DNA of 64,000 nucleotides from positions 11,036,001 through 11,100,000 of the forward strand of contig JBHGNT010000009.1 of the NCBI GenBank assembly GCA_043228905.1, given 5' to 3'. This stretch comes from Azolla caroliniana. Taxonomy: Eukaryota > Plantae > Polypodiophyta. Position 1 is the stretch's first letter. Every line of letters begins with the position of its first letter. This document shows positions 24,488-37,105 of this stretch, piece after piece. The position numbers were made by a program, and so were the translations under genes. Below the pieces are notes generated by a model that worked only from the letters and a program-made list of their open reading frames with translations, was not told where the DNA came from and did no database searches.

Positions 24488-27400
24488 ATGGACCCCCAAG
24501 GTGTCGTGGCAAGAGCACGATCATATAATATGAATTTTAAAGTCATAGTGGCATGCTCTCTCACCATCCTTTTCATGTTCATGCTGAAGCAGTCTTCCAC
24601 CCCTTCGGAACAGGTAATAAACTGTTGTTCTTGTGTAATGGGCAATTTGTTTTCTTTTGTATATTTCTATCAATGCAAGTTTTTTTGCAATGTAACAGCT
24701 AAAATTGTATGAATGCATATCTATATCTCTATCTGATTTTTTTTAAAGGTAGGATTTATATGGAAGAGTTATTTTCTGGCATACTTCTATTCCTGCTGGA
24801 CGTTCATCTGTGATGGGAAAATTTCTATGCATGTATATCTGCTGATTTTTCCTTTTTCTTTTGTTTGTAAAGCTCGGCAATGGTGCTGATAATGACGCAA
24901 TCATGCGGGTGTTGGTGACAGGAGGAGCTGGTTTCATAGGATCACATGCCGCACTCAGGCTTCTTGAGGGAGATTATCACGTTACTATTGTGGTATGTTT
25001 TTTGTGTAGAAATTTTGGGGGTCCATATATGGATGTTCTAAATGCATATGAAGTTCAATTGCATGCTAGTGAGTTTGTTTTGGTTATGTGATAGAGTTTC
25101 CATAATTCACGTCATAATGTTCATACAGTGTTTAAATCGCAGCTGGCTATAAACTAAAAAACTAAAAACTCTTAATGTATTGTAACTTGTTTATATGGGA
25201 TGTATAAGATCACAAATTATTACATATGCATGTTTGTTTTCGTTTCTAAACTTCTTGGTCTTTTCAAACTCATCATTTTGTGCCAAAATCCCCCAATGTA
25301 TGTACCCAATGAAAGTTACTACAAATTGTGATCCATATTCTTGTATGAATGTTTGTAAGCTATAAAAGAAAACCTCGCTTCACGCATACGATTGGAGGGT
25401 ATGTTTCGTTCCTTCTTTCTCTTTTCTCATTTGTATTATTTACAGGACAATCTATCTCGGGGTAACATGGGTGCCGTAAGAGTACTTCAACGCCTTTTTC
25501 CTAAGCCAGGGAGGTTGCAGTTTATCAATGCAGATTTGGGAGACGCTACAATGGTATTCATACTTTGTGAATGCACTGCCTCCTGTTTGCAATGTAGTGA
25601 TGAATTATATCTTATTGGACTCATATAAGAGAGATGATGGCAATCATTTTATGAAATATTGAGGAAGAACCATAATTATTATATGAGATTAAGATGAATA
25701 GATAAACCATGTGACTAACTTTTCATCCTGAAATATATGTATTGTACAATAATATCTCGAACTCAGTTTCTTCTAAAACAGTTGATTACTGCTAATGATA
25801 TCCCTAAGTATGATTGGATTCATTTAGACGGTTAATTGATGTGCTCTACTGCATTTCAAAACATTTCTCATGGATGTACTATGAATGTGGTGCTGACTAT
25901 GAAAAGAAAACTATGGAAGGATGTATAATAAATTAATTTCTGGTTTTGAAGCTCTCAAATTTACTGTTATTATCAGATGGATCACATCTTTGCCACTAGC
26001 CATATAGATGCTGTCATGCATTTTGCTGCGGTTGCCTATGTGGGGGAGAGTATGGAAGAACCTCTTCGGTATGCCTCAAGGGGTCACATGTGGTCATTAA
26101 TTGTGTCACTTATAAATTTTGTTTTGAGAGAGGTAGTTTATCCTTTGTTTATATAGAAAGATAAAACACCTTGTGCCTACCAGATACTACAAAAATATCA
26201 CCTCAAATACCATGATCCTATTGGATACCATGAAGAAACATGGGGTGAAAAGGCTAATTTATTCAAGTACATGTGCCACTTATGGAGAGCCTGACAGAAT
26301 GCCCATCACAGAGGATACCCCTCAGGTTAATTTGAATGAATCTTCTTCTTTTGTTATGTTAAATTATGTACCCAGAAGCACTGCGTATGATTTTTCTTCT
26401 TCTCATGATTACAGGTACCCATAAATCCTTATGGAAAATCTAAGAAGATGTCCGAGGACATCATAAAAGATTATGCGCAAACGACAGACTTGGGAGCCAC
26501 CATTCTGAGGTACCACATGTCATTTCATGCCGACTTAACTAATTTCAGTGGTGTTTTATATAAAATATAGAAAGAGGAACATCTGGATAAATTGGTTGCT
26601 TTGTTCAGATATTTTAATGTCATTGGATCTGATCCTCATGGAAGGCTTGGTGAATCACCAAGACCAGAGCTCCGGCATCATGGACGAATCTCGGGAGCAT
26701 GCTTTGATGCTGCTTTAAATATAATTCCTGGACTACAGGTATATATATTTTTTCTCTAACTGAATCTGTGCGGTAAATTTATAACCTTCTACATGAGTAT
26801 ATCGTATGCATTCTATATAGGGAGATGGAGAGAAAGAAAGTTGTAACTTATATATTAAGGTCTACTAGAAGGCAACAAGGTGAAATCCTATGAGTCAATT
26901 CCAAAGGTACAGTCAGTGGTGTCGATGATGATACGATGATGAAAATGATGGCATGGGTTTGATTCTCGATATTATATGATGTACAAGCATGATATGTGTA
27001 ATATGGTTAGCTCCATCCATAACGTATGGTTGAGTGCTTGCGGACAATGAAAACTATCTAATCAAAGTTTAGACCTAATAGATAATGATATATGTAGTAC
27101 ATTCAGGGGGGAAATGAAATGAAATGTTATATAAATATCTTTGAAAGGCCAAAATACAATAAGATAGTAAAGAAATTGCACCCAAGTAAGATATGATACT
27201 TTCAGTGTCTTTGGTGATATGACAAAATATTTTACAGATAGGAGAAAGAAAACTAGATAGATAATTAACATCCCATGGGAATCTGAATACAATCAATCTA
27301 TGGAATGGGGCAAGCTTGAGCCCATGGAGAAAGAGAGGGAGAGATAGCCTTGGCCAATGTGGTGTTGGGCGTACATTTTGCTGATGTGCTTTAAGCTGGG

Positions 27401-28097
27401 CACCTGCATATGAAGTGTTACTTGCTCTCATCATTCTCTGTTATTTGTTGAATGGTGAAACCGAATCCAAATGCTTTACATGAATAATGTTTACTGCCTT
27501 GAGCTGAAAGGTCTCGGTGTAATGTGAAATTTCAGGTTAAAGGCACAGATTATGCGACAAAAGATGGGACATGCATTCGTGACTATATTCATGTTACGGA
27601 TCTTGTTGAGGCCCATGTGAAGGCTTTAGAAAAGTTGGAACTCTCCTTGGTAACCATTTATAATGTCGGCACAGGCCAAGGTAGTAAACCCTAAATCCAA
27701 CCCCTTGATTCCCAACCTAACCCTAACTCTAACCCCAACCCCGAACCCTAACCTTAACCTTAGCTAACCCTAGTCCTAATTTGAAACCTTTAACCGTAAC
27801 TGTACCTTGACCCTAATTATTGTTCAATCGAAAATTTTGACAAAAAGTTCTCTTTTTTATTTAGGGAAATCTGTAAAGGAGTTTGTCGATGCTTGCAAGG
27901 CAGCGACAGGGGTAAACATCTCGGTAACTTACTTGCCTCGAAGGCCAGGAGATTATGCTGAGGTGTGGAGCTATCCTGAGAAGATTAATAAAGAACTTGA
28001 TTGGAGTGCAAAGTATACAGACCTGAAAGAGTCCATCACCATGTCATGGAAGTGGCATCAATCCCATCCACAGGGTTATGACTCGAGGACTATCTAG
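24488..28097 (+). CDS. UXE: UDP-arabinose 4-epimerase (UDP-D-xylose 4-epimerase, MUR4/UXE family), ~396 aa. Coding exons: 24488-24613, 24873-24992, 25446-25553, 25977-26068, 26184-26325, 26415-26509, 26609-26738, 27536-27680, 27865-28097
   Basis: All introns are GT-AG and the exon phases sum to 1191 nt in one frame. The protein has an N-terminal TM anchor followed by MLKQS, then [64 protein letters not shown] and [11 protein letters not shown] 5' UTR intron is probable at 23829-24485. Confidence 0.95.
27686..27779 (+). repeat. Degenerate telomere-like (CCCTAA)n tract in the last epimerase intron
   Basis: aaaccctaa...cctaaccctaactctaaccccaaccccgaaccctaaccttaaccttag... Confidence 0.7.
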
Positions 28098-30633
28098 CTT
28101 GCCAATTGTGTTCATGATTTTTTTAAACTAGAGAGCATTGTTGATATTTTCCCCTTCCCGCATTCTCAGATAACAAGTCTTGAAGGTAATCCAATAACCA
28201 ATGTATTCTATGACAGTGGCTAACCTATCTGTTACAGGAAAGAACTTAAAAAAGTCATGCTCTCTTCACACATATAGATTGGGTGATGGAAGGAGAAAAG
28301 AACGAATCAGTTGAAGATATGTGCGGATTTGTAATCATTACATTGTAACGAGCCATGTATATATAGTAACACCGATTGTTTCTTAGAAAATAGAAATAAA
28401 GAAAGATTTTCCTCATTATATGGTCGTTTTTGTGCTCTCAATTTTTTTTTGTAATGGACTTCATTGCATCTTCATTTAGTGAACCTTCTTCATATCCACA
28501 ACAATCACAAGTAAACAATAAGCCTTGGTACGGTCTTATTGCTAGCCATTCTTTATAATGAAACACTAGGCCCATTTCAAACTATAGCCATCATGGGAAT
28601 TGTTATAGTGGTTGTTGGAATTAGATAATGAATGGTTGTAGGCCATTGTCGGGTTACTTGTAGGTGTGTAGAAGAGTTAGTGGGTTTCCATTGTCGCGAA
28701 AATCCGCCAGTAAGTGCGGATCGTGAGGCGGAACCGTCGGGGTTCTGGACCAGAAGGATTTAGGGCTTAACGCTTAATGCACTTTAAGCTTAAAGACGAG
28801 AGATTTCCCTCTAATAAGAGTAAATTGGCAGTATAAGAGATCGAATAATAGTTAATTACATTTATGCATAAGCAAATTTGAGTAGGAGATTATGCAAGAT
28901 TGAATAATACTTAATTATTCTTATGAGTAAGAAGGCTTAGAGTAAGCAAGCATGAATAACACTTAATTTTACTTATACATAAGAAAAGTTTAAAGAAAGA
29001 GATCATGAAGAGGACACATGAAAAGCTTTTTATTACTAAATCATCATTATAATGGATCTATTTTGTTACATGATTTTTTTTTCTATCCCCTTTTAGGGTA
29101 TAAGAGTAGGAGAGAGGAAACATAAATCTTTTCTTCTTCAAATCCCGTGGGTGCGAAAGGACATTATGACACTGTGGGTGAGATTGAGCTAGGACAGACA
29201 TGTGTAGAAAGTATAGTTGGAACGTGGTCAAATGTAGAGCATTGTATCAAATTTTGATTCTTAAGCTCGCAAACTTATTTTTGCAATAGGTGGTTAGTTG
29301 ACTAGTCTCACCACTTGTGCCCCAATGTGGCGTTTGAAATTGACACAAGTTTGAATTAAGTTGTTTGAAGCAATGGTTTAGATGATGGAAAAGTTGATGT
29401 GATCTACCATGTGTCAGTGCATGCAGTTTCCCTAGCAGAGGATATGGTTTTGTAGTCAATTGCAACATGTGCAATACAATGTGTGAAGTGCTAACCTCCA
29501 GATTTTCCCATGTCATGATACATTGGTGTTGCCTTTCTCTTCCAGTTGGGCAATTGGGTGGGGATTGATATCGACGATAGTAAAGAGGAGAACCTTTAGG
29601 TTTTAACTTGAAAATTCCCTAGAACAATTTGGTCTAAATGCTTATGGCGTCGTGAACACATTGCGACAATGGTTTAAAAGTTTTTGGTTCACTTTAAGTT
29701 TCATTTCTAATTGAGTTTGAGCTCTTGAACCATTACTGATTATTATTGACATCACGATGAGACTGGATGCGACAAGAAACACCAACTATGATAAGGAAGA
29801 TTGAAGAAGGCGGCTTGATGCTTGTAAACAATAGTATCCTTGACCATCATCATAATAGTCTCTAAAACTATTCTTATCCATAACTTGAGCCATACAACAT
29901 ACCTTACACGACATTAGAATCTAGTACTATTTTGTTAACTGCCAAAATCCGAACACACTTCTTTTCAAAATCATGAGGGATGGTTATGATACTTATTCTT
30001 TTCCCACATGACTTTGATGCAATAACATCCAATCATTCTTTATCATTTTGGTGGAATCATTATGAGCATGGCTCTTATGCAATAACATTTCAAAATATTT
30101 CTAGTTTGGGTTGGCCAAATGTAGCTCGAGTGATTTGATTTTTGGAGGCTTGCCATCACTACTCTTGTGATTTTACAAAGTTGTCTCACCTTAAGTTTAT
30201 CTCTCATTTTCATTTTTGCTTTGAATGCTTCTGAATAATGGGAGACATCACTCCCATTGAAATGACATGTGGTCTACCCAATCCCCATCGTGTTATCCCT
30301 TTACTGGAACACGTGATTGTGGAGAGGTTTGTTTGAGTTTCATCATATCATTCAAGTTAGCTTACCTAACTAACCTAGAACCTAAGTTAACTTGTCAATC
30401 ATGGGAGGCCTAGAATGTGAAAGTGAATGCCTAACCATTGCATTGTCATGACATTTTGACAAACCCTAAACCTTAAACCCTTAGTATGGTTTGCACGTGG
30501 TATACATCAAGTTATTACATAGATCAATGCACTGCCATAACTTCAAAGAAAGTCATGACATTATGTAAAGAAGGTGAGACATAACTGGTGCTATGCAACG
30601 GAAGATAACTCTCTCTGTGTGTGAGTACACGTA

Positions 30634-30672
<39 letters not shown>

Positions 30673-30763
30673 AACAAGGAGTTGTAGCAGTAAAAAATGG
30701 AATTACATCCAACAGTAACTAAGTTACAAAGATTTGGTTTAAATACCAACTAGTCTAGGGCAC

Positions 30764-31230
30764 TTTTGAGAATCAAGCTCAATTTAGTGCAACGTGTGAA
30801 CACACCTCTTGAGAATCTATGATTACTCAAAGGTCAAGAGTCACACCACTACTCTCTACACATTAACTATGTGTCATAGAATCATATTCTATGACACATA
30901 ACTAATGAGTTACATATTCCCCATGACTATGAGTCTTCACATTCCCCAAGAGAGAGAGTGGTTGTTGTAGTTAGTTAATGAAGAGAGCGGGTGACTCTAT
31001 ATAAAGCACCCTCCTCATACTTCATATTAAGTCGGTTGTGACTCCTTGTTATGCTACATTTTGTAAATCTTATTCTACTTGTGAAATATACACATTCTTC
31101 TTGAGTATTCTCTTTTCCTCTCATTTATCTATATTGAGTTCTCTTTTCTCTCCTCTCTTTTCCTCTCACACATATACGCACATAACGCACATCTATTCCG
31201 CTGTACAAGAATCACCATTGATTCTTTGCA
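30764..31230 (+). mobile_element. Diverged copia solo LTR, related to the 31716/42666 LTRs but in opposite orientation
   Basis: ttgagaatcaagctcaa...tatataaagcaccctcc...ttgattctttgca is similar to the reverse complement of the 42666-43080 LTR. No clean TSD. Confidence 0.7.
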
Positions 31231-32344
31231 TGCCCTTTCTACTAATTACAAATCTAGCCGAGTATGATGTCCACTGGCTAGTGTGAACACTCGTCTCTAT
31301 GGGAGGTTGAGTTCGATTCTCAACATGCCCCTTCGAACACAACTTCCGGATGTCGAAACGTTGGTTCGGTTCAATCTTCGAAAAAACTTCGATTTAACTT
31401 AATCGGCTTCAGCTTTTGACAACTCGATTACTTCGTGCTCCTTGTTCGGCTCTTGGCTCGATTGTTATCATACTTCGACTCCTTCGGTCGGTTTCAATCG
31501 ACTGATCAGTTGCTGTTCAACATCGACAATTACTGTTGTTTTTTGGTACTCCCCCTCAAGCGCGGCTGGTCGGTGATTGAGAGACCAAGGTTCGTCGCGA
31601 ACTGCTGCAACTTGTCGATCCCTGGGGCTTTCGTGAAGATGTCGGCTACCTGAAAATTCGTGCTGATGTGTTGTAAATCGACATCTCCAACCTAAATGTG
31701 CTCTCATATGAAGTGTGTAAAGAATCAAGAGATGGATTCTTGTGAAGCGGAATAGGTGTGAAATGTGTGTGTGTGAGAGAGATAGATAGAGAGAGAGAGA
31801 GACAGAGTATACGCAAGGTTAAAAGTGTATTAACAAAGGAGAAAGACTCAAAACACTATACAAGGTGGGAGGAGGGTGCTTTATGTAGTCACCCTCTCTC
31901 TTCATTAACTACAAGGCTCATGGAGCATGGGGAATGTGAAAGCTCATAAGTTATGTGTCATAGAATACGATTCTATGACTCATACTAAATGCTAGAATAC
32001 AAAGAGGTGACTTAATGGTGACTCTTGACCGTTGGAGTGTCTATTCACTCTCAAGGTGAGTTCACACACTAGACCAAGTTGAGCTTGATTCTCAACACGC
32101 CCCCTCAAGCTCAAGTCAGGTCAGTTTCAGATGGTATCCGAAATCTGCTTCGACTCGCGTTCCGGAGTCTGCGTCGACTCGTGTCGACTCGCTTTATGCG
32201 GAGTTGCGGAATCCATGCTCCAGGTTGCGTTGTGCGTAGTTGCGAAGTTTGTGCTTCGGCTTGCGTCTTTCTTTGCGGTTTCGTTGCGTGGTTGCGTAAT
32301 CCACGCATTATTGCGTAATGTGCGCGGTTTGCGGAATCCACGCG

Positions 32345-35300
32345 TTATTGCATAATGTCTTCAGTACTCCCCCTCAAGCTTGGTAGGTCAGGGATCGTCA
32401 ATCCGAGATCGGTCATGAATTGCCATATCTTGTCGGATCCTAAGGCTTTAGTGAAGATGTTGGCCGTTTGAAGATTTGTGTTAATGTGTTGTAGGTCGAC
32501 ATCGCCAGCTAGAACGCGCTCTCGGATGAAGTGATAGTGCACTTCGATGTGCTTTGTCCACGTGTGGAACACCGGGTTCCGAGCTAGATAGATACTGCTC
32601 ATGTTGTCGCAGTAAAGGGAAGTCGGATCCTTGATGGGTACGCCCAGATCCTCCAAAATCCTCTTGAGCCATACGGCTTCACACGCAGCTACGGTTGCGT
32701 CCCTATATGCCACCTCCGTACTCAAAAGAGCGACGGTAGGCTGCTTCTTGCTACTCCAGGATATTGCTCTGCTGCCGAGGGAGAAAACAAATCCGGAGGT
32801 TGATCTTCTATCGGTTTTGTAGCCGACCCAATCGGCATCGGTGTACCCCTCGAGTCGTATTGGCATCGCGGTCTTGTAGAGGATGCCGCAATCCATTGTG
32901 CCGCTCACGTATCATAGAACTCGCTTAGCGCAATCCAAGTGAGTATCACGTGGTGTTTGCATGAATTGGCTAAGGAGACCGACCGGATAGCTGAGATCGG
33001 GTCGAGTGATCGTGAGGTAGATGAGACTCCCGATGAGTTGCCGATACTGAGTCGGCTCACACGCTTTGGTGCCGGAGTTCGCATCTAGTTTGAGATTACA
33101 ATCTAGCGGGGTTGCCACGGATTTGCACTTAGCCATACCGAACTTGTATAACAAGTTGAGGATGTAGTGCCGTTGAGAAATCCTGATTCCGGCCGGAGTC
33201 CGAATTACCTCGATGCCGAGGAAGTAGTGGAGTTCCTTCATGTCCGTCATCTCGAACTTGTCGAAAAGGAGGGATTTGACCTTATTGATTTCGTCGAAAT
33301 GCTCACCTCCAATGACTAGGTCATCCACATATAAGTTGATGATGATTGGACTTGCGAAATTGCTTCGTATGTAGAGGGAGTTGTCCGATTTTGACATACG
33401 GAAGCCGATTTGATGAAGATATTGCGTTATCTTCGAATGCCAAGCACGCGGTGCTTGCTTGAGGCCATAGAGTGGCTTCTTGAGTCGGCATACAACTTTC
33501 GGATGGGTGCTCGAGTTGAAGCCGGGTGGTTGTATCATGTACACCTCCTCTTCTAATTCGCCTTGTAGAAAGGCGTTCTTGATGTCCATTTGATGGAGAT
33601 GCCACCCTTTCGCCGCGGCAAGCGCAATTACAGTATGCACCATCATCATCTTTGCCACCGGGGCAAAGGTCTCTTCGTAGTCGATGCCATGCGTCTGAGC
33701 ATATCCTTTCACTACGAGTCGAGCTTTGTAGCAGTTTACGGAGCCATCGACGTTATACTTCACCTTGTAGATCCATCTGCATCCGATCACCTTTTTGTGT
33801 GGTGAGGTGGAAACGAGATCCCACGTCTCGTTCTTCCGTAGTGCCTGCATCTCCTCGTTCATTGCTTCGATCCATCGCGGGTCCTTTGTGGCTTTCAAAA
33901 TGGTTTCTGGCTCCCTTACTGTTGCTACCTTCATCATAAAGGCGTAATGGTACGCCATATAATCGTTGTAGCCGAATCGGCTTACGAGGTTCTTTTCACG
34001 GGTGGATCGGCGGAGTTTTTCATTTGCAGAGGTGAGGGCTTTCTTAGCTCCGATTGGTACCTCGAAACCGCCGAACTCACTGTCGAGTGAGTGAGTCGAC
34101 TCATCGTCGTTGAAGCGATCGTCTTCGTATTCCGACATTTTCGCCTTGCCTTTGTCCATCTTCGGGCTAGGCCGTGATGTGCTTTGATCGCTCAAAGGCT
34201 CTTGTGGTCTGCTCAATCGGGTCGTGATCGGACTTTCTTCAAATATGCGTGTAAGGCAATCTTCATCCTCGATCTCTTGTTCGGTGAATTCCGGGTCGAG
34301 CGGAGTCGGAGTCGCAGTCGTCTCTGGTGCATACCAGGATGCGGACTCGTAAAAAATGACGTCTCGACTTACTCGAGATTTTCTAGTTGAAGGGTTGTAG
34401 CACTTGTACCCCTTTTGCTCCAACGAGTATCCTACGAGGATACATTTCTCCGACTTCGGGTCAAGCTTTTGACGCTTCTCGTCGGGGATGTGCACGTACG
34501 CTATCGCTCCGAATATGCGGATGTGCGATAAGTCCGGCTTCTTTCTGAAGTATTTTTTGTGCGGAGTAACCTCGTGCACGCCGGATGTTGTGCACTGGTT
34601 CATTAGGTAGACGGCCGTATTTGCAGCTTCGGCCCAATATGACTTGGGCATATGCTTCTCGTTCATCATGGCCCGCGCTACTTCGAGGATGTGCCGATTT
34701 TTGCGCTCGGCTACTCCGTTTTGTTGCGGAGTGTGTCGGCACATGAATTCTCGCCAAATTCCTTCCTTTCGGAGATATGTTGTGAAATTGTCGGAGAAGT
34801 ACTCCTTGCCGCCATCCAATCGAAGGCATCGTACATGTCGGCCCGTGGCTTTCTCGACTTCATCTTGAATTTTTGGAAGTGTCTGAACACTTCGCTCTTT
34901 TGCCGCATCGGGTAGATCCAAGTGTGCCTAGAGAAGTCGTCGATGAAGAGCATGTAATATTGGCATCCGCCGAATGTAGCCGTTTGCGCCGCATCGGGTA
35001 GATCCAAGTGTGCCTAGAGAAGTCGTCGATGAAGAGCACGTAATATCGGCATCCGCCGAATGTAGCCGTTTGTGCCGGTCCCCATACGTCGGAATGGACT
35101 ACGTTGAGTAGACCTTTGCTCACGTTCCGCTCTTTCGGGAATGGGTGTCGGTGTTGCTTGCCGAATTGGCACGCTTCGCATATACCTTCAATCTCCTTCT
35201 CTTTGAATGTCAGGAGTCCGATGACGACTCCTTTCGATTTCATTGCTTTGAGTTTGTTGAGATTGATGTGGCCGATTCGCTTGTGCCATAGCTCTATGTC

Positions 35301-35422
35301 AGAGTCGGCTTTCGTGCCTTTCGCGAACATGGCAGATTTCATCTCGCGTGAATCGAGAATGAACATCCGGCCCTCTCTTCGTCCGCGTTCGACGAGTCGG
35401 CCCTCTTTTTCGATGAAGCAAC
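32345..35422 (-). pseudogene. Copia pol (integrase-RT-RNase H), disrupted by an 86-bp duplication and a stop
   Basis: ORFs 34860-35366, 32912-34921 and 32345-32908. Confidence 0.9.
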
Positions 35423-35580
35423 TGTCATGAACACATGACCATTATGGCGTCACCCGGACTTGAACCTCGAACCTTGTAATTCATACTTGAAAACCTCAAC
35501 CATTAAGATAGCTTATTGTTATATGAAACAATAAAAGATACTTCTTGTATTACATTGATTATTGTAAAAACTCTAGATTA

Positions 35581-35678
35581 TTCTAGAATGTTCTAGAATG
35601 TCCTAGAGCATTCTAGGTCTAGAACATTCTAGAACATTCTAGAAATCTCTAAGCTATTCTATAGGAACCTATAAATAA
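35581..35678 (+). promoter_or_regulatory. Heat-shock-element array followed by TATA box in the chromovirus LTR
   Basis: TTCtaGAAtgTTCtaGAA and GAAcaTTCtaGAAcaTTCtaGAA (alternating nGAAn units), with TATAAATA at 35670. Confidence 0.75.
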
Positions 35679-35899
35679 GCGCATACATGTATTCTCAAAT
35701 CAATTCGAATCAACACCAGTCTTTAGCTCTCATTACATATCTTGTATCCATTCTCTTTCTTTCTCTATCTTATACATCCATTCTTCTCTATCCTTCTTCC
35801 ATCACTCTATCTTTTATCCTTGGTTCTGACAGTTTGATTCGAATTCTCTCTCTCTCTCTCTCACTCTCTCTTATCCTCCTTTGGAACCATCCTAAAACC

Positions 35900-37063
35900 A
35901 TGGCTGCCATTAACTCAGAAGAATATCTCACCCTTGTTGCAGAAATGGAGAACCTTAAATCCAAGTTCGCATCTCTTGAAGTAGAGAATCAACGTCTACT
36001 TGGGGATCTACAAAAGGTTACTATAGAGAAGCAACAACAACAAGAGGAGTTCACGCGACGAGTGCAACAGTTAGAGTCGACAATCGTTGTGTTACAACAA
36101 CAAAGGGTTGAAGGTCATGGACTTATCAAGGAGCCCAAAATTAGCCTCCCAGCTAAATTTGATGGGTCGAGGGCGCATTTCCGAGGTTTTTTGAATCAAG
36201 TACGGTTGGTGATTCAAATGCATCCCGCACGTTATCCAACAGATGCATCACGAGTCGGGCTAGTGGGCACTTTATTGACTGGCATAACGTTGTCGTGGTT
36301 TGCTCCATTGCTAGAGACCAATTCTCCTCTACTGAATAATTTCGAGGAATTTATCAAGGAATTTAAGGCTTGTTTCGGAGATACTGATGGGGCGAGAACA
36401 GCTATCAACAAGATTCGTACACTTCGTCAAGGTGATCAACCAGCTTCAACATATGCTGCCAATTTCCGTCTCATCGCAAGCGATATTCCTTGGGATGAAC
36501 AAGCCCTAATGGAGCAATTCCGTTCAGGCCTTCGTAGTGATGTCAAAGACTTACTTCTTACCTTCCCCGAGGATCCAAGGTCACTTACAGAAGCTATTAG
36601 TCGAGCAATACAGTGTGATAATCGCCTTTTTGAGTGTCGATGTGAGCGACAACAACAAATAACAAGATCTAGATTCACACCAACTTATGCATCAGTAACG
36701 GCGCAATCATCCCCAAGGCAAATGTATAGCCCTGCTCCAACTCCAAGGCAAACACATAGTCCAGTCCCAATGGATAGTCCTACACCCATGGAGATCGATA
36801 TGACTCAACGACGAGGACCGTTGTCAGACGAAGAGAAGCAACGTCGTTGAGCAAACCATCTGTGCTTATATTGTGGAGGTCCAGGACATATAGCCATTCA
36901 TTGCTCCCGTAGGCCGAGACGTCAGGTAAATCAAATTCATTATGACAATAAAAATGAGTCCAACATTTTAGAAGCAGTTAGTGAATCTAATATTATGAAT
37001 AATCCACCCTTGTACAATAAATTTGAAGTCTTAAGCCAATTAGAAGAGGAGTCAAACGAATAA
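35900..37063 (+). pseudogene. Chromovirus gag (premature TGA at 36848; CCHC knuckle follows)
   Basis: MAAINSEE...KISLPAKFDGSR...LRQG...PMEID, then LCLYCGGPGHIAIHC in the same frame after the stop. Confidence 0.9.
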
Positions 37064-37105
37064 GTCCGGCCAAAATAGGAGCCATTTGGTTGGACAACCC
37101 TAGAT

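Noticed and set aside
31262-31325. B-box-like GAGTTCGATTCT at the end of the old copia LTR
   Set aside because: No convincing A-box at the right spacing, and the related LTRs read GAGCTTGATTCT.
35571-35645. CRISPR-like or restriction-site array (TCTAGA repeats)
   Set aside because: It has a 10-bp period with no spacers, sits in a eukaryotic context and fits the HSE consensus.
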